A DNA stretch of 63,601 nt, the filler included, from Ionaspis alba (taxonomy: Eukaryota): NCBI GenBank assembly GCA_964255285.1. It is 5 parts of 5 records of this genome, joined end to end, with 100 filler letters (N's around TTAATTAATTAA, not from the genome) between each part and the next. Parts side by side here need not be neighbours in the genome. Positions count along the whole stretch, not along the records: positions 12,780 to 25,424 come from CAXUUL010000496.1; 4 more parts are not named here. One strand, written 5' to 3'. The notes below the pieces were generated by a model. It ran no database searches. It worked only from the letters and a program-made list of their open reading frames with translations, and was not told where the DNA came from. Every line of letters begins with the position of its first letter. Within the stretch, counting starts at the first letter, position 1. Made by a program: the position numbers and the translations under genes. This document shows, piece after piece, positions 13,100-24,551 of this stretch.

Positions 13100-13217
13100 A
13101 GCCCGATGCGGGAATAACCCGCAACCTTAGGATTAAGAGTCCTACGCTCTACCGATTGCTGGTCCATGTTAGTATGATGATTTTCCAGTACGACTCATAA
13201 CTCACAGCTAACCGGGC
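13100..13217 (-). tRNA. tRNA-Lys(CTT) split by a 47-nt spliceosomal-type intron; T-loop 2 nt short
   Basis: Spliced sequence: GCCCGGT TA GCTC AATCGGTA GAGC G TAGGA CT-CTT-AA TCCTA AGGTT GCGGG TTATT CCCGC ATCGGGC T. All four stems pair (7-bp acceptor with one G-U, 4-bp D, 5-bp anticodon, 5-bp T). Exon 1 is 13217-13206 and exon 2 is 13158-13100. Confidence 0.9.
13159..13205 (-). other. Spliceosomal (U2-type) intron inside the tRNA D-stem, between tRNA positions 12 and 13
   Basis: GTGAGTTATGAGTCGTACTGGAAAATCATCATACTAACATGGACCAG: 5' GTGAGT, branch site TACTAAC, 3' CAG. Boundaries are unambiguous and exact removal restores the D-stem. Confidence 0.88.
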
Positions 13218-13237
13218 CTAATGGACTGACATGTCAC

Positions 13238-13245
13238 TTTATATA
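13238..13245 (-). promoter_or_regulatory. TATA box at -28 of the tRNA-Lys gene
   Basis: TATATAAA on the minus strand begins 28 nt upstream of the mature 5' end (13217). Confidence 0.6.
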
Positions 13246-15072
13246 AAATATATTGAAATTTTATTTTCCCGATCATAAGACTCTTGAGATATCGCAACAT
13301 GGCTGACACCAAGCTATTTGATCTTCTCGGTTTGTTGGCGCATAAGTAGTGCTACTCGCTCAACGCAAGCAAGACTACAAAAATCTAAACGCGCGGAGTC
13401 AGTAATAGAAAGCCGACGGCTAACCATTCCGAATCACACGCCATAAGCGCAGTAGTAATACCCGTAAGCCATGACCCATTTCCTGTTTCCAGCTACCAAT
13501 ATCTATTATAAAACATTCTGGCAAGCACACCCCACGAGCTTCACCTCTTGCAAAACCACCTACACCCTATCTTCATCTCAGTCATAAACATCCTACTCTT
13601 ATCAGGACAAATTTTAGTTAATAAATATGGTTACTGTGTATTCGAAAGCAAACAATCCTAAATCCACTAACAGGGTGGCAGATGTTAGGGTCCAAAAGTC
13701 GGCTTCCATTAGGTTTCGAAAACGCCGAACGGGTTGTTCAAGGCTTGAATTCCTCGAATCGTCAACAGCGGTGCAGCTACGCCCTAAACGAATGACCTGC
13801 CCTTTGCTACGGTAGAGATCGCCGATGAACCTTGCCAGCTAACACTTCTAGCACGGCGATCAAACGCTCAAAGACAATCGAAGAAACGGTAGCCATGGGA
13901 TGAGGAGGAAGGTGACGGCAGGAAAAGGAGCCAACTTGGAAAACGAGAGATGGTCTAATGCGGAAGAAGACGATATCTAACGTTATTGCCTGCGCCCAAG
14001 TATCTGTCGAGATATCTTGATCAAGATAGATAACACAGGTGACGGCGTCGTGCCAGGAGCAGGTTCGGATGCTGTCTAATTGTGCTCAGCCCTGGCCGGC
14101 CCTGTCATTCATTCTGCTGTGCTTGAAACATGTGCCTCGAACATGCCCCTATCGAGCCTCAGACGTCACCGAGCAGAGTCTATGATGTACCAGTTAACGT
14201 ACGGCNNNNNNNNNNNNNNNNNNNNNNNNNNNNNNNNNNNNNNNNNNNNNNNNNNNNNNNNNNNNNNNNNNNNNNNNNNNNNNNNNNNNNNNNNNNNNNN
14301 NNNNNCATCCAAAGGATCGCCAGCTCATGTTGTGACGCTTTTCCCACACCCCTTTATATAGATTCTCTTCCTCGTAAAGCTCCAGCCTCGTGCTGTAAAT
14401 ACCCGCTTCTCCACCAGTATGTATAAACGACATCCCGCACCAATCTAAGCTAATAAGTCTGCGCGACTATGCCCAAAGCCTACGCAGAGAATCTTGCAGT
14501 AGAACCTAAACTCCATCCCTACATAGCGAAATACGCCTGATGCCGAAACCGTGCCAATATACTTGATACGCCGGAGACCATCTCACTGCTCATAATATAT
14601 ACAATCAACTTGTCCCTGTACCACTGCCGTCGGACTCTGCTTGCGCTATCAATTTATCTGCTTGTACAATTACCCCGTCTAATTGTTTACGGTGAGGTGG
14701 TGTAACTTTAGTCTCAAGAACGTTCTTTCATGAGACCAACACACCTGCGAAAAAGGCCGTACAATAGATTCTAAAGGCAATGGCATATTGCAATCTCTGC
14801 AGCTAGTGGAAATCACTATGTTTCAAATCACTATACAGTATCATAGTTGAGATTGTAGACAACTTTCACTAGACTGCAGTTTTAAGTGGCTGCAGGCGAA
14901 AATTGTGAACATGACGTAGAGCCACCCAAATGACTTCCAGTTTGGTGGTCAAAGTATAGAGAAAAACGTTAACAATATAAAGAGAATGTTCACATAACTC
15001 TGTATTTACATTTTAATAGCAGACCAGTCTTTTAGTATGACCAGCAGCAAGCTGTAAGAAAATTGTACTTGC

Positions 15073-16233
15073 TTAGGCATTAACTGAGACCTGGGCACTT
15101 GGCTTCTCAGAGACTGGAGCGCTCTTCTTCTCGGGAACCGAGTAGATGCCAGCGCGGGCATAAACGTCCTTGTACTTCTGACGCACGTAGTCCTCGACCG
15201 AGATTGGTGCGTACTTTTCGTCCTCCGGCTTCGCTCGGCACTTCTCGATGCACTTGATGATGAAGTCCGGATTGCCGTTGTAATTGAAGGGAACGGAGAA
15301 ACGCTCGACACCGGATTTGTTAATGACGCGGTGCACGTTGGAGACGTAGAAATCATTGGTCCACTGCTCGAACAGGTTGCCCATGTTCACGACATAGGCA
15401 CCCTCGACTGGTGGAGCTGGGTACCAGTCCTTGACCTCGTCATCCCAGACTTCGAGGCCGGGCACGTCACCCTGCAGAAGGAGCGTGATGATACCGAAAT
15501 CGCGGTGGGCACCGATTCCTGTTTACTTCCGTCAGAGTAGGAACAATGGTGACAGGATTGGGGTTGGGGCATACCTCGCTGGAGAGCATGGGCATCGACA
15601 GGTTGTGGCGGGTAGTGCAGCATCTTGTAGAAGCACATTGGGTCGGTACAGAACTCATCGAAGAAGTCCGGCTCGTACCCCAGGCTCATTGCGACGGCAC
15701 TCATGACGGACTCGGTCAACGATTTGATCCTGTTGAAGTAGTCCATACAGACCTCTTTGAACGACTCGCCGAGAGCCTCCGGCCAGACATTCGGACCGTG
15801 GGCAAACTTTCCAGCAACGACCTGGGGATGATCCAGAGGAAGATCGCGGGACACATAGTAGCCCTCTTTGAGGTCAGGACGAGTGTTCGCCTCAATCATT
15901 TGACCCCTCATGACTTCGTAGCCACGATTATATGAGTTCTATGAGAGACTGGGAGTCAATCCCTCAGAGTCTTTTGGTGCTGGCGGTAGGAAACGCCCTT
16001 ACCTGTGCCTTGTCAAGCTTCATCTTGTCCTCCATGGGAAGGTCGAAGAATTCCTTGGCAACCTTGAAGATGTCTTTCTGGAGCTTCGAAGGAATATCGT
16101 GGTTGACAATCTGGAAAAATCCTTGAGTGGAGCAAGCATCTCTGATCTGATCAGCGCAGTGCTGCATCCTCTTCTTGTCCCCCGAGAGGAAGTCAGAGAA
16201 GTCGATGACCGGTGGCACTTTGTTGGAAGGCAT
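15073..16233 (-). CDS. 2-oxoglutarate/Fe(II)-dependent dioxygenase (IPNS/DIOX_N family), 3 exons
   Basis: PPVIDFSDF, GFFQIVNHDIP, DLKEGYY, HYPPQP, HxD (GAHRDFG), VVNMGNLFEQWTND, SNVHRV, RFS (RxS). Confidence 0.93.
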
Positions 16234-17316
16234 CTTGAAATTGGAGACGTAAATTTAGGAGTTCGATTGATAGATTGCTTGCTCTAAGAGAGAAACTGAT
16301 AGTATCTTGAGTAGTGATGGTGGAGATCAGGTAGTTGTCTTCGTAGGAAACCAGGCTCTTATATATTTGTCCTTTGGCTCTCTTCAGCCTAAGTTTATTA
16401 GATGTTCATACTGGTCGACATGAGGATCGTCTCGATCCACGCCAGCGTAGTCTCGATCTACACAAACTCAATCCTGATCGCCGTGTGCCTAGTAGTCCGT
16501 ACGTCATAATTGATATTGTCTGAGCGAGGCAATTCGCGGCGCTGCCGGCGCCTGTGAGCCACGAATGTAGCTATGAAGTTTATTGAGCGCTATCCAATGA
16601 TCAATCGCCCTTATTTTCACGGCATCTGATTCATTAAATGATATTATCTTTCTTCTGGCGTTGTAGATGTTTTTTTATGGTATCGTTGAAGAGAGATTAT
16701 ATAATTGAAAAAAGAACCAATTGATTATAATCAATGACTTGAACCTTTCGTTCTGCGTACGTTATAGGGCGTGTACATGCGTAATCTGGCCCTGACTAAA
16801 CCTCAGACCGGACTGGGACTTCATGAAAACTCGGAAATCAACGTCGAACTGCGGGGTGAGTGCCCTGGTCCGCGTCAATTTGTTGAGTGTAGATCATTGA
16901 GCAGCTGTTTGCGAAGGATTTCTAGTACGCCTGTTTCATCATAATGCATTTGTCACCATCACATATTGCAGTTTCTCCGCGTCAGCTGAGTCACTCACTT
17001 AGTGCACAGACCATTTAATAACTGCATCTAAATCCTAAATCCTTCCCCCTCAAATACATGCCACGTCCAGTCGCCGTTGGCAGAGATGATTGGTCTTGAG
17101 CTCTCCACTATACTGTCAATAGTACTTATGATATCATCTTATACGCCACAAATGTGAAGCTATCAATATTCCACGATCGGTCGGTTCTGTTGATGTGTAG
17201 ATTGCTGACTGCATTGNNNNNNNNNNNNNNNNNNNNNNNNNNNNNNNNNNNNNNNNNNNNNNNNNNNNNNNNNNNNNNNNNNNNNNNNNNNNNNNNNNNN
17301 NNNNNNNNNNNNNNNN

Positions 17317-17349
17317 ATTCATGGCAGGATTCATGGCAGGATTCATGGC
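17317..17349 (+). repeat. 12-bp tandem repeat (ATTCATGGCAGG)n abutting an assembly gap
   Basis: About 2.7 visible copies directly after the 100-N gap 17217-17316. Confidence 0.7.
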
Positions 17350-17987
17350 GTGATCGCTGGGTGGCTCTGCTGATATTTCAACAGTTTCAAAGCACCTTGC
17401 AGTATGATACGAATATTTGGCTTCAGCTATGCAAGGCTGGTAATACAGTCGAGGTAATATTTAGGAAAGATCTGTTATGGTTACTAGCGCGGCTATTCCA
17501 GAAGAGGTATCTAAATGTCACACATCTCATTATTTTGAAGATATTTGCTGTTTCACAGATTCAGAAAAAGGGCTTGAGTTAGGCCGCCCATCTGAGTCAG
17601 CTACTAAAGCATGTCAGCGTAGCATCATTGTGATATCCTTTGCAGGCGGGACATAGTGCTTATAGCACACGTTCTCCGTGGAGAGCGGCACAGACAGCCC
17701 CCAAGTCTAGGCAAAAACTTGGTCGGCCTTAACGATGTAATGGTTCTTCCAAGATGTGAACAGTCGAAGGATCGATAATGGCTTCTCGACGATCGTCACT
17801 CCGGACTACACAGGAGATATTCAGCATTTGCCACAGTATGATGCCAGAGAGGCTCTTGAGCATCTTAAATTCGACACTTAGTTTCGGTAATTATGGGCTC
17901 CGGGTGTCGTTCGAACTACTTAAACTTGAAAACATATCGTTTGGACTGGTCTAAATCCCTCATTATCCTCAATCTCGATCTGCCACC

Positions 17988-19664
17988 ATGCACGTGGGAA
18001 TTGTGGGAGCTGGTATTTCTGGCCTGTACACGGCCCTCCTACTACGTCGCGAAGGACATCAAGTCACCATATTTGAGGCTGTAGACCGCGTTGGGGGCCG
18101 AATCTACACCCATCGCTTCTCACCTCAAGCAAAAGGCGACGATGTTTATTTTGAGGCTGGTGCAATGCGAATACCTCGTTCTTCGTTACATACCAAAGTT
18201 TTCGATCTTATCCGCTATCTGAACACGCATTGTTCGGCAGAGGACCAGATTGAGCTGATACCCTATATCCTTGATCACGAAAGCAACCGTTCATTCTTCC
18301 AAAACCAGAAGGGAAGCTTGGAAGAGACGCACTGGGCTGAGAAGGCCGGTCTACCCAAAGAGTATTGGGGTAAGACGCCTCAGTCGCTCCTTGGGACTGT
18401 CGTGCTGCCGTGGCTCGAGCTGCTCCGAAAAGATTTCGACTCTGGATTCCAGAAATTACTGGACTACGACGAGTTCAGCTTCAGAGCCTACCTCCGTCTG
18501 GTAGTTGGATGGCCACATGAAGTGATCGAATTCGTGGAGCTTTTCTGCTCGCAGACGAACCAGTATGATTTAAGCTTCACCGAACTGATCATGCAGAATC
18601 TGGATTTTGACACGAAAGATGTGAGGAGCCTTAATCCCATATACAATCGCGCGTGAAGGCGTATGCTGATGCTTTTTTAGTGGGTGACAGTCAAGTATGG
18701 CATGTCCCGTGTCACTCAGTGCGCAGCTCAGCTTGTAGGGCCCAAGAACATCCGCCTCAATTCGAAGGTCGATCACATCGAATACCTTGACGATGGTCGG
18801 GTCAAGCTTTCGGCCACTGGTCTTCACCAAACCTTTACAGGAGAATTTGATGCCATAGTCTTGGCCACACCTCCATCTGCTGTCCATTCCGTCGTGGAAC
18901 GGCCCAAATGGTCTTTCCTGAAGGAGCAAGCAATCCGTGGTGCTCACTACGAGCCTCTGTATAAGATCGGATTGCATTTCCGCACCCGCTTTTGGGAACG
19001 CACAAGCTTTAATCCTTGCTTCGGAGGCCAGAGCACAACTGATCTGAGGTTTCGTTGGATCGTGTATCCATCGAACGACCTGGGTAGCACCAGTTCGGGC
19101 GTGCTGCTACTCTACAGCTGGATGAGCGATGCCACCAAATGGGCTGGCCTCCCCCGTGACCAGCGCATCCAGGTTTGCCTACACGATCTGAGCTTATACT
19201 ACGCCGACGATCCCGAAGTGGACGTCTACGAACAATACATCGAGGCCTATGATATGCTCTGGACAGCCGAATCAGCGGGTGGTGATGCGATGTTCCTTCC
19301 TGGCCAGTTCTCACGCTTCTACGATATTGCTAAAAAGCGGGAAGGCAACATCCTTTTCGCAGGCGAGCACCTGTCAAAACATCATACCTGGGTGAGTTTC
19401 TACTCTCGAGGCTGACGTCTCAAACTAACGTGCGGTTAGATTGCTGGCGCTATTGACTCTGCTCTGCACACGACTGCTGAACTGCTAGAGCGGCCAGTTC
19501 AAGGGGAAGAGTCCACGAATAAGAGCTCAATACCTCCTCTAGGCCGTGAATTTCTGACCGTCGATGACGCGATACGCGCGGAGCAGACCGATATCAGTTC
19601 GCGTCGGCATAAGGCTTCTATTATCCCAGCGCATATGAACGTTCAATACGTCACCGTATACTAA
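17988..19664 (+). CDS. Flavin-dependent amine/L-amino-acid oxidase, no signal peptide, 3 exons
   Basis: VGIVGAGISGL (GxGxxG), FEAVDRVGGRIYT, EAGAMRIP, ILFAGEHLSKHHTW/IAGAIDSAL. Introns 18621-18680 and 19392-19439; stop TAA at 19662-19664. Confidence 0.92.
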
Positions 19665-20247
19665 TTGGCACTTCTGCAGCGTATAGCTATGCCCATATCA
19701 ACGGCAAGATACAGGTAGCGTGTTTCCAAGTTGAGATTGAAAATTTCTGTGTATATAACAAGGATATGTGGTTAGAACTGCAACTACATACGCAAGTCAG
19801 CTTTCCGTTATTGATACATCAAGGCCATCCGAACGTGTGCAACTCTGATCGGTCAAGCCAATTGAGTTGGAAATGCGCTAGATTGACGTTCAAAAAGGTG
19901 GTTTGACAGATTTTGAATTTTACGGACCAGCCAAATCAGCATACGTTAGTATTAGACTTTGTCAGGGAATTTGACTCAAGATTAGAAGAGATTCTATCCA
20001 AGATTTTTTCCTTCTATACGATATTGCTCTAATTGGATCCAACGGCTGATGGCAGTGTGAATATATCGAGCTATGACTCCAAATACCGATTGTTTTTGGA
20101 CAGAACATTGTGTTTGATGTCGTAACTGGTTGAAGTTCACGTAATGTTAACGATCGAGTGGGTCAACCGGGTTTCTTTTTTTCTATTCATCACCCAGTCG
20201 GGTTTAGTTTCTTATTCAAGTGCTAGAGAGTCATAAGAACAAAGAAG

Positions 20248-21230
20248 TTACTCAGATGATCGTTTTCGCATCAAGACGTCCCTCCCACATCGTTCCCAGA
20301 CGTCTATACTCGTCAAAATAGTGGTGATCAACATTGACAACCCTACTATCCCTGGGTGGACTCTTATCCAGCCCACATAGGATCCAGGAAGCATGATATC
20401 CAGTGCATTTGATAAAACATTGCGGACCAGTTTGGTGAGCTGTCGATTAGACTCTAATCCTTTGTGAGCTGTATCTGACTCTGGCGGTACAATTCCCACG
20501 TCTGACTTGGTTTTGTTTTTCTCATCTTGCTCGTGCTTTTCCGAATTAACATCTGTCCTGTTATCTCCTGCATTGCCCTGGCGAGTTTTGTCCTTAGTTG
20601 GCCGGCCGGAGTTGAGGTTCAAGAGCTGCGAAACTCTGAGAATGCCAGAGGCCACCCCACAGACCAGTGCAAAGAGCCAGAAGCGTTGTGCCTCCATGGC
20701 AAAGCTCTGCTGGAGCTCCGGACCTAAGACCCGAAGCCCGTCGATTTCTAATGCGTCGATGACGGTGGCTCCGTCGAGAAGGAACCACATTCCGTTAAAA
20801 GTGTGACCCGTTATCTGTAACCATTCCACCATGGGATCCTTCACCAAGCCCTCACCAGATATTTGGACATGTGAACGTGACACGGCAACATAAAGCTGAT
20901 TTGCGACGTGGAAACATTCTAAAAATCGGAAAACGCGAAAATGCCGTCTGGCTTGTCCTAAACGTTGGTTGACTTCTAACAGGATCGACCGAGTGACTGC
21001 CAATGGATGGAGTTTATTGTCGCTTGGGCGAAACGCACGCGTCATAAGGCCAACCAGAGGTGTATGTGATAAGACTATCAATACTATTGCTTGGAAAAAC
21101 CGTAGCACACGTTCGACGCCGACTACTTCTTGATCAGCAAGGCTAAATCTTCCTGCTGTAATGGGGAAGAAAGCAAATGTAAAGACTGTATGTATTATAT
21201 ATTCTACGTTTCCGTCGTAGATGCCATCTT
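20248..21230 (-). CDS. PEX11-domain protein (peroxisome proliferation family); 5' end uncertain
   Basis: GVERVLRFFQA, RLGQARRHFRVFRFLECF, EAQRFWLFALVCG, NALDIMLPGSYVGWI...GIVGLSMLITTILTS..VW resemble fungal Pex11-like proteins. Confidence 0.7.
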
Positions 21231-22526
21231 GCAAAAATTTGAATATTAAATTGCTACCTACAGGCAAACAATGTTTCTGATATAATGATTGGGCTTCGTT
21301 ATGGCCACGTACCTGAATCTGTCGAAAAATAGACCAATTTCTCGAACGTAGTAGCTGACATTTCAACACGTATGACAGTTGAAAACTATCCAGAAGTCTG
21401 CCAGGAAAAGAACAACCGAGGCTGCTGATCATCGGTTAATGTGTACGTGCAAAGACTATTCTCAACACCTTGATAGCTCCACGGCAGAGGAAATGTAAGT
21501 GGTAAAACAGCATACTGATCAAGACAGGCTGACATGTAAGACGTTCAACTACGTCAGAATCGTGCTTGACAAGATTCTAATTACTCGTCAGTCCACACGT
21601 AGTAGAAGCCCCCAGCTAAGGCCCCCAGTTTCTAATGCACCGTGACAGCCCCCAAAAGGATTCGACTAGTGGCCAAGTCCTATGCTTATAAGTAAGACGA
21701 GATGTGTATTGAACAGGCTGTGTATCGAAAAGATTGGACCTACTTGGTTAGCTCGGATCTGAAAGTCGGTCAGAAATCTATATGGTTCCTCATGTCACGT
21801 TGATCTCCCGGCTGTGGCGACGGCGACAAGAGCGGATTACATGCAATGTACTGACAAAAACAATTTACTTATACAATTTAAAATTCAATCTCAATTTTAT
21901 TTCTGGATTTCATAGAAAATTGAATTTCAATTTTCCTGTTCTAAAATTCAATGTTTTCAATTTTCATTACACTGGTTACATGAACCCGGGTCAGCGGCAA
22001 TTTTCATCCGCGAAATTGACGTCAGCCCCTTTAGATTCCCTCATCTCCGCGATTGTTCGCTGTCCCTCGATTGCGGAGTCTGACACGAATCTATACATTG
22101 TTTCACCAAATATGGCATGGATCATGTCAACAGCCAAAATGCAGCTGAGGCGGTGAGACTGTCAAATTCTACTTGACGGGGAATCGCTCGCCAAATCTTG
22201 ACATACTTAGCCGAGACAAATTGCTCAAGTCGTTGCAGCTATCTTAAAGCTCCGACCAATTTCGGGAAGCTAGTCATTGAAGCGAAATCGTACATTTGAT
22301 GAGTCTCCAGACAAATATCTTAAGCAAGAACAGTTCGTAACCGTAAAATCTTATGTGCAAGCTCACCAGCATTCGATCTACCATATATGGGACGAGACAT
22401 CAGGTATCCAAGCCAGTCTGCTGGAAGGCCAACCTGCCTATATAGGCCCCTTAGGGATTCAGGTCACTACTCTTTAGCATATCGAGTCTTCTATCAGGAC
22501 ACTTCTTGAGTTATCTGACTACATCC

Positions 22527-24551
22527 CTAGCGTTGGAGTATGTGAGCGTTGTCATTTATCAGCTTGATATGTGCGGATCGCCAAGTGTCGGGCTCGACGT
22601 AGTTACTGTCGGTATCAAAGACAAAGTTGAGTGGGTCCTTGTTGTCGTAGAACGGCCACTCTGGCTCATTGCCATCCCACTGGCCCTGGCGGCGCCAGGT
22701 GTTCGGATCATGCGATACGAAGAAACTGACCCACGAACGACTCATAAAATTAGCGAGTCTCGGGAAGCTGGGTGGTGTGTTTATGAAGGGTGGTGTATGC
22801 GAAGATATCGGCCAGTGGTATCCGTGATTATCAGTATTGTCAAAGACAAAGGCGACCTCGTGGAAGTGCGTAGGCGCCTGCTGGCCGTTGGGAATCGTGT
22901 CGAAACGATAGCAATATGCCGGTATGCCGAAGCGAGCGAGTGCCTCGCATGTCTGCCGGCGTGGGGCGATAAAGACCACGTCGCCTGCGAAAGTTGATGC
23001 ACGCATATCTATATAACAGTCAGAATAAGTAAGCAAGCCTTCAAGAGGCTAATAAAGCTGTTGAACGTACAACCCGGGGTCATATCGGTAACCCGTGAGT
23101 GACTGAGAGTTGTGCAGTTTCCTTCCTTGTTGTCGGGGCAGATTCCTGGCCAGTATGCTTCGAAAAGCTTGTCGGCGAGCTTGCGTGGTAGACCTAGCTG
23201 ATACGGCCGGCCAGTTAAGATTTGAGGGTCTAAAGAGCAGAATCCACGAGTCAGAAGGACTTTAGAATGAAGGATAGAGTATAACTCACGTAGCAAATAA
23301 GTGTGGAATTCCTCGGCAGTACTGATTGGAGGGACAAACCAGTGGCCTTCATTCGTGGTAGTACCCGATATGATTGGGATCTTCACAAAGGCTCCTCGGT
23401 TCAGCTGACGTGTGGGCAACTCTTTCAGCAAGTCACCATCGACGACAGGGAACCACTTCTGACTGATATCACGGGAGCCATTAAACACAGCGACGAGTTC
23501 TTCAACACGGCCGGTACGCAGACATGCGAGAGTATCTATTGCGTCTGAACAGTGTTCATCAGGACTCATATTGTGCTCCGCTGCATAAGATGCTGAGGGG
23601 TGCACGCGAGACGTGACGTTTTCATAGAGGGGTTGGTAGAATTCGGTGCCGTTCAGAGCTCGCCACGATGCTGGATTACCGCTCTGCATGACACCGGCAG
23701 AGAACAGCCCGTCGTCGCGTCCGCCGTAAGCAACCATATGAAAACCGACGCTATTTGCACCGCAGCTTTGACCCCAGAGGGTGACTCTGCGGGGGTCTCC
23801 GCCGAAAAGTCTCGCGTTTTCTTGAATCTGTACCATAACCACCAATTTCAGTAGCTATTCTATGACAAAGCACGATACGACTCACCCAGTGTAAGGCCAA
23901 GCGCTGGTCACGGAGGCCGAGGTTTGTAGCTCCCTCACCTCGAACTTCATTGGAGTATAAGAATCCCCAGCCGTTCAGACGATAGTTCAAGCTTATGGCA
24001 ATGAATGGTGTTCTGGCCTTTTGGCTATTCTCAACGATGAAGGACATGTTGAAGCGCTTGTCGGCGCTGCCGCCCATATAAAAACCTCCACCGTGGAGCC
24101 ATACAGCAATGGGTAAGAGGTCGTTTGACGAGCCCTCTGGCAAATGTGGGCGAATGATATTGAGGTACAGACAGTCCTCGGATAGTGTATATCCCCAGCT
24201 ATCCCAACCAAGGCCAATGCAATTGGGACCATACTGCGTGGCGTCTTTCAGTCCAGAGAAGGACTTATTTAAGCTTTGGGGTAATCTCCAGCGGAGATCT
24301 TCGACTGGAGGCTGAGCATATGACACGCCTAAAAAATAATCTTGGTTGTAAGTGGCCGAATAAACACCAGTATACGTGCCATTTCGGGTGTGAAGTTTCG
24401 GTGCGGCTGAGAGATACTCTGAGGTTGTGAGAGCCTGTTGAATTCTTTGACCGACACCAACGATCTGTTCATTGAATGTTGCAAAATAGGTTGATTCCGC
24501 TAGCGAATTGCAGGCTATTGCGAGCATAAAGAACACTAAGGAAATCAACAT
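22527..24551 (-). CDS. Secreted type-B carboxylesterase/lipase, multi-exon
   Basis: Signal peptide, FLGVSYAQPP, SEDCLYLNI, WLHGGGF, NLGLRDQRLALHW, FGGDPRRVTLWGQSCG (GxSxG), GTTTNEG, PTHFHEV (Ser-Glu-His triad). Confidence 0.93.

Noticed and set aside
13159..13205. Reading the tRNA insert as a canonical endonuclease-type intron
   Set aside because: It lies at position 12/13, not 37/38. The anticodon loop is uninterrupted and the insert carries all three spliceosomal signals.
13627..14433. Short ORFs and possible transposon ends between the tRNA and the dioxygenase
   Set aside because: No transposase motif, terminal inverted repeat pair or target-site duplication could be established.
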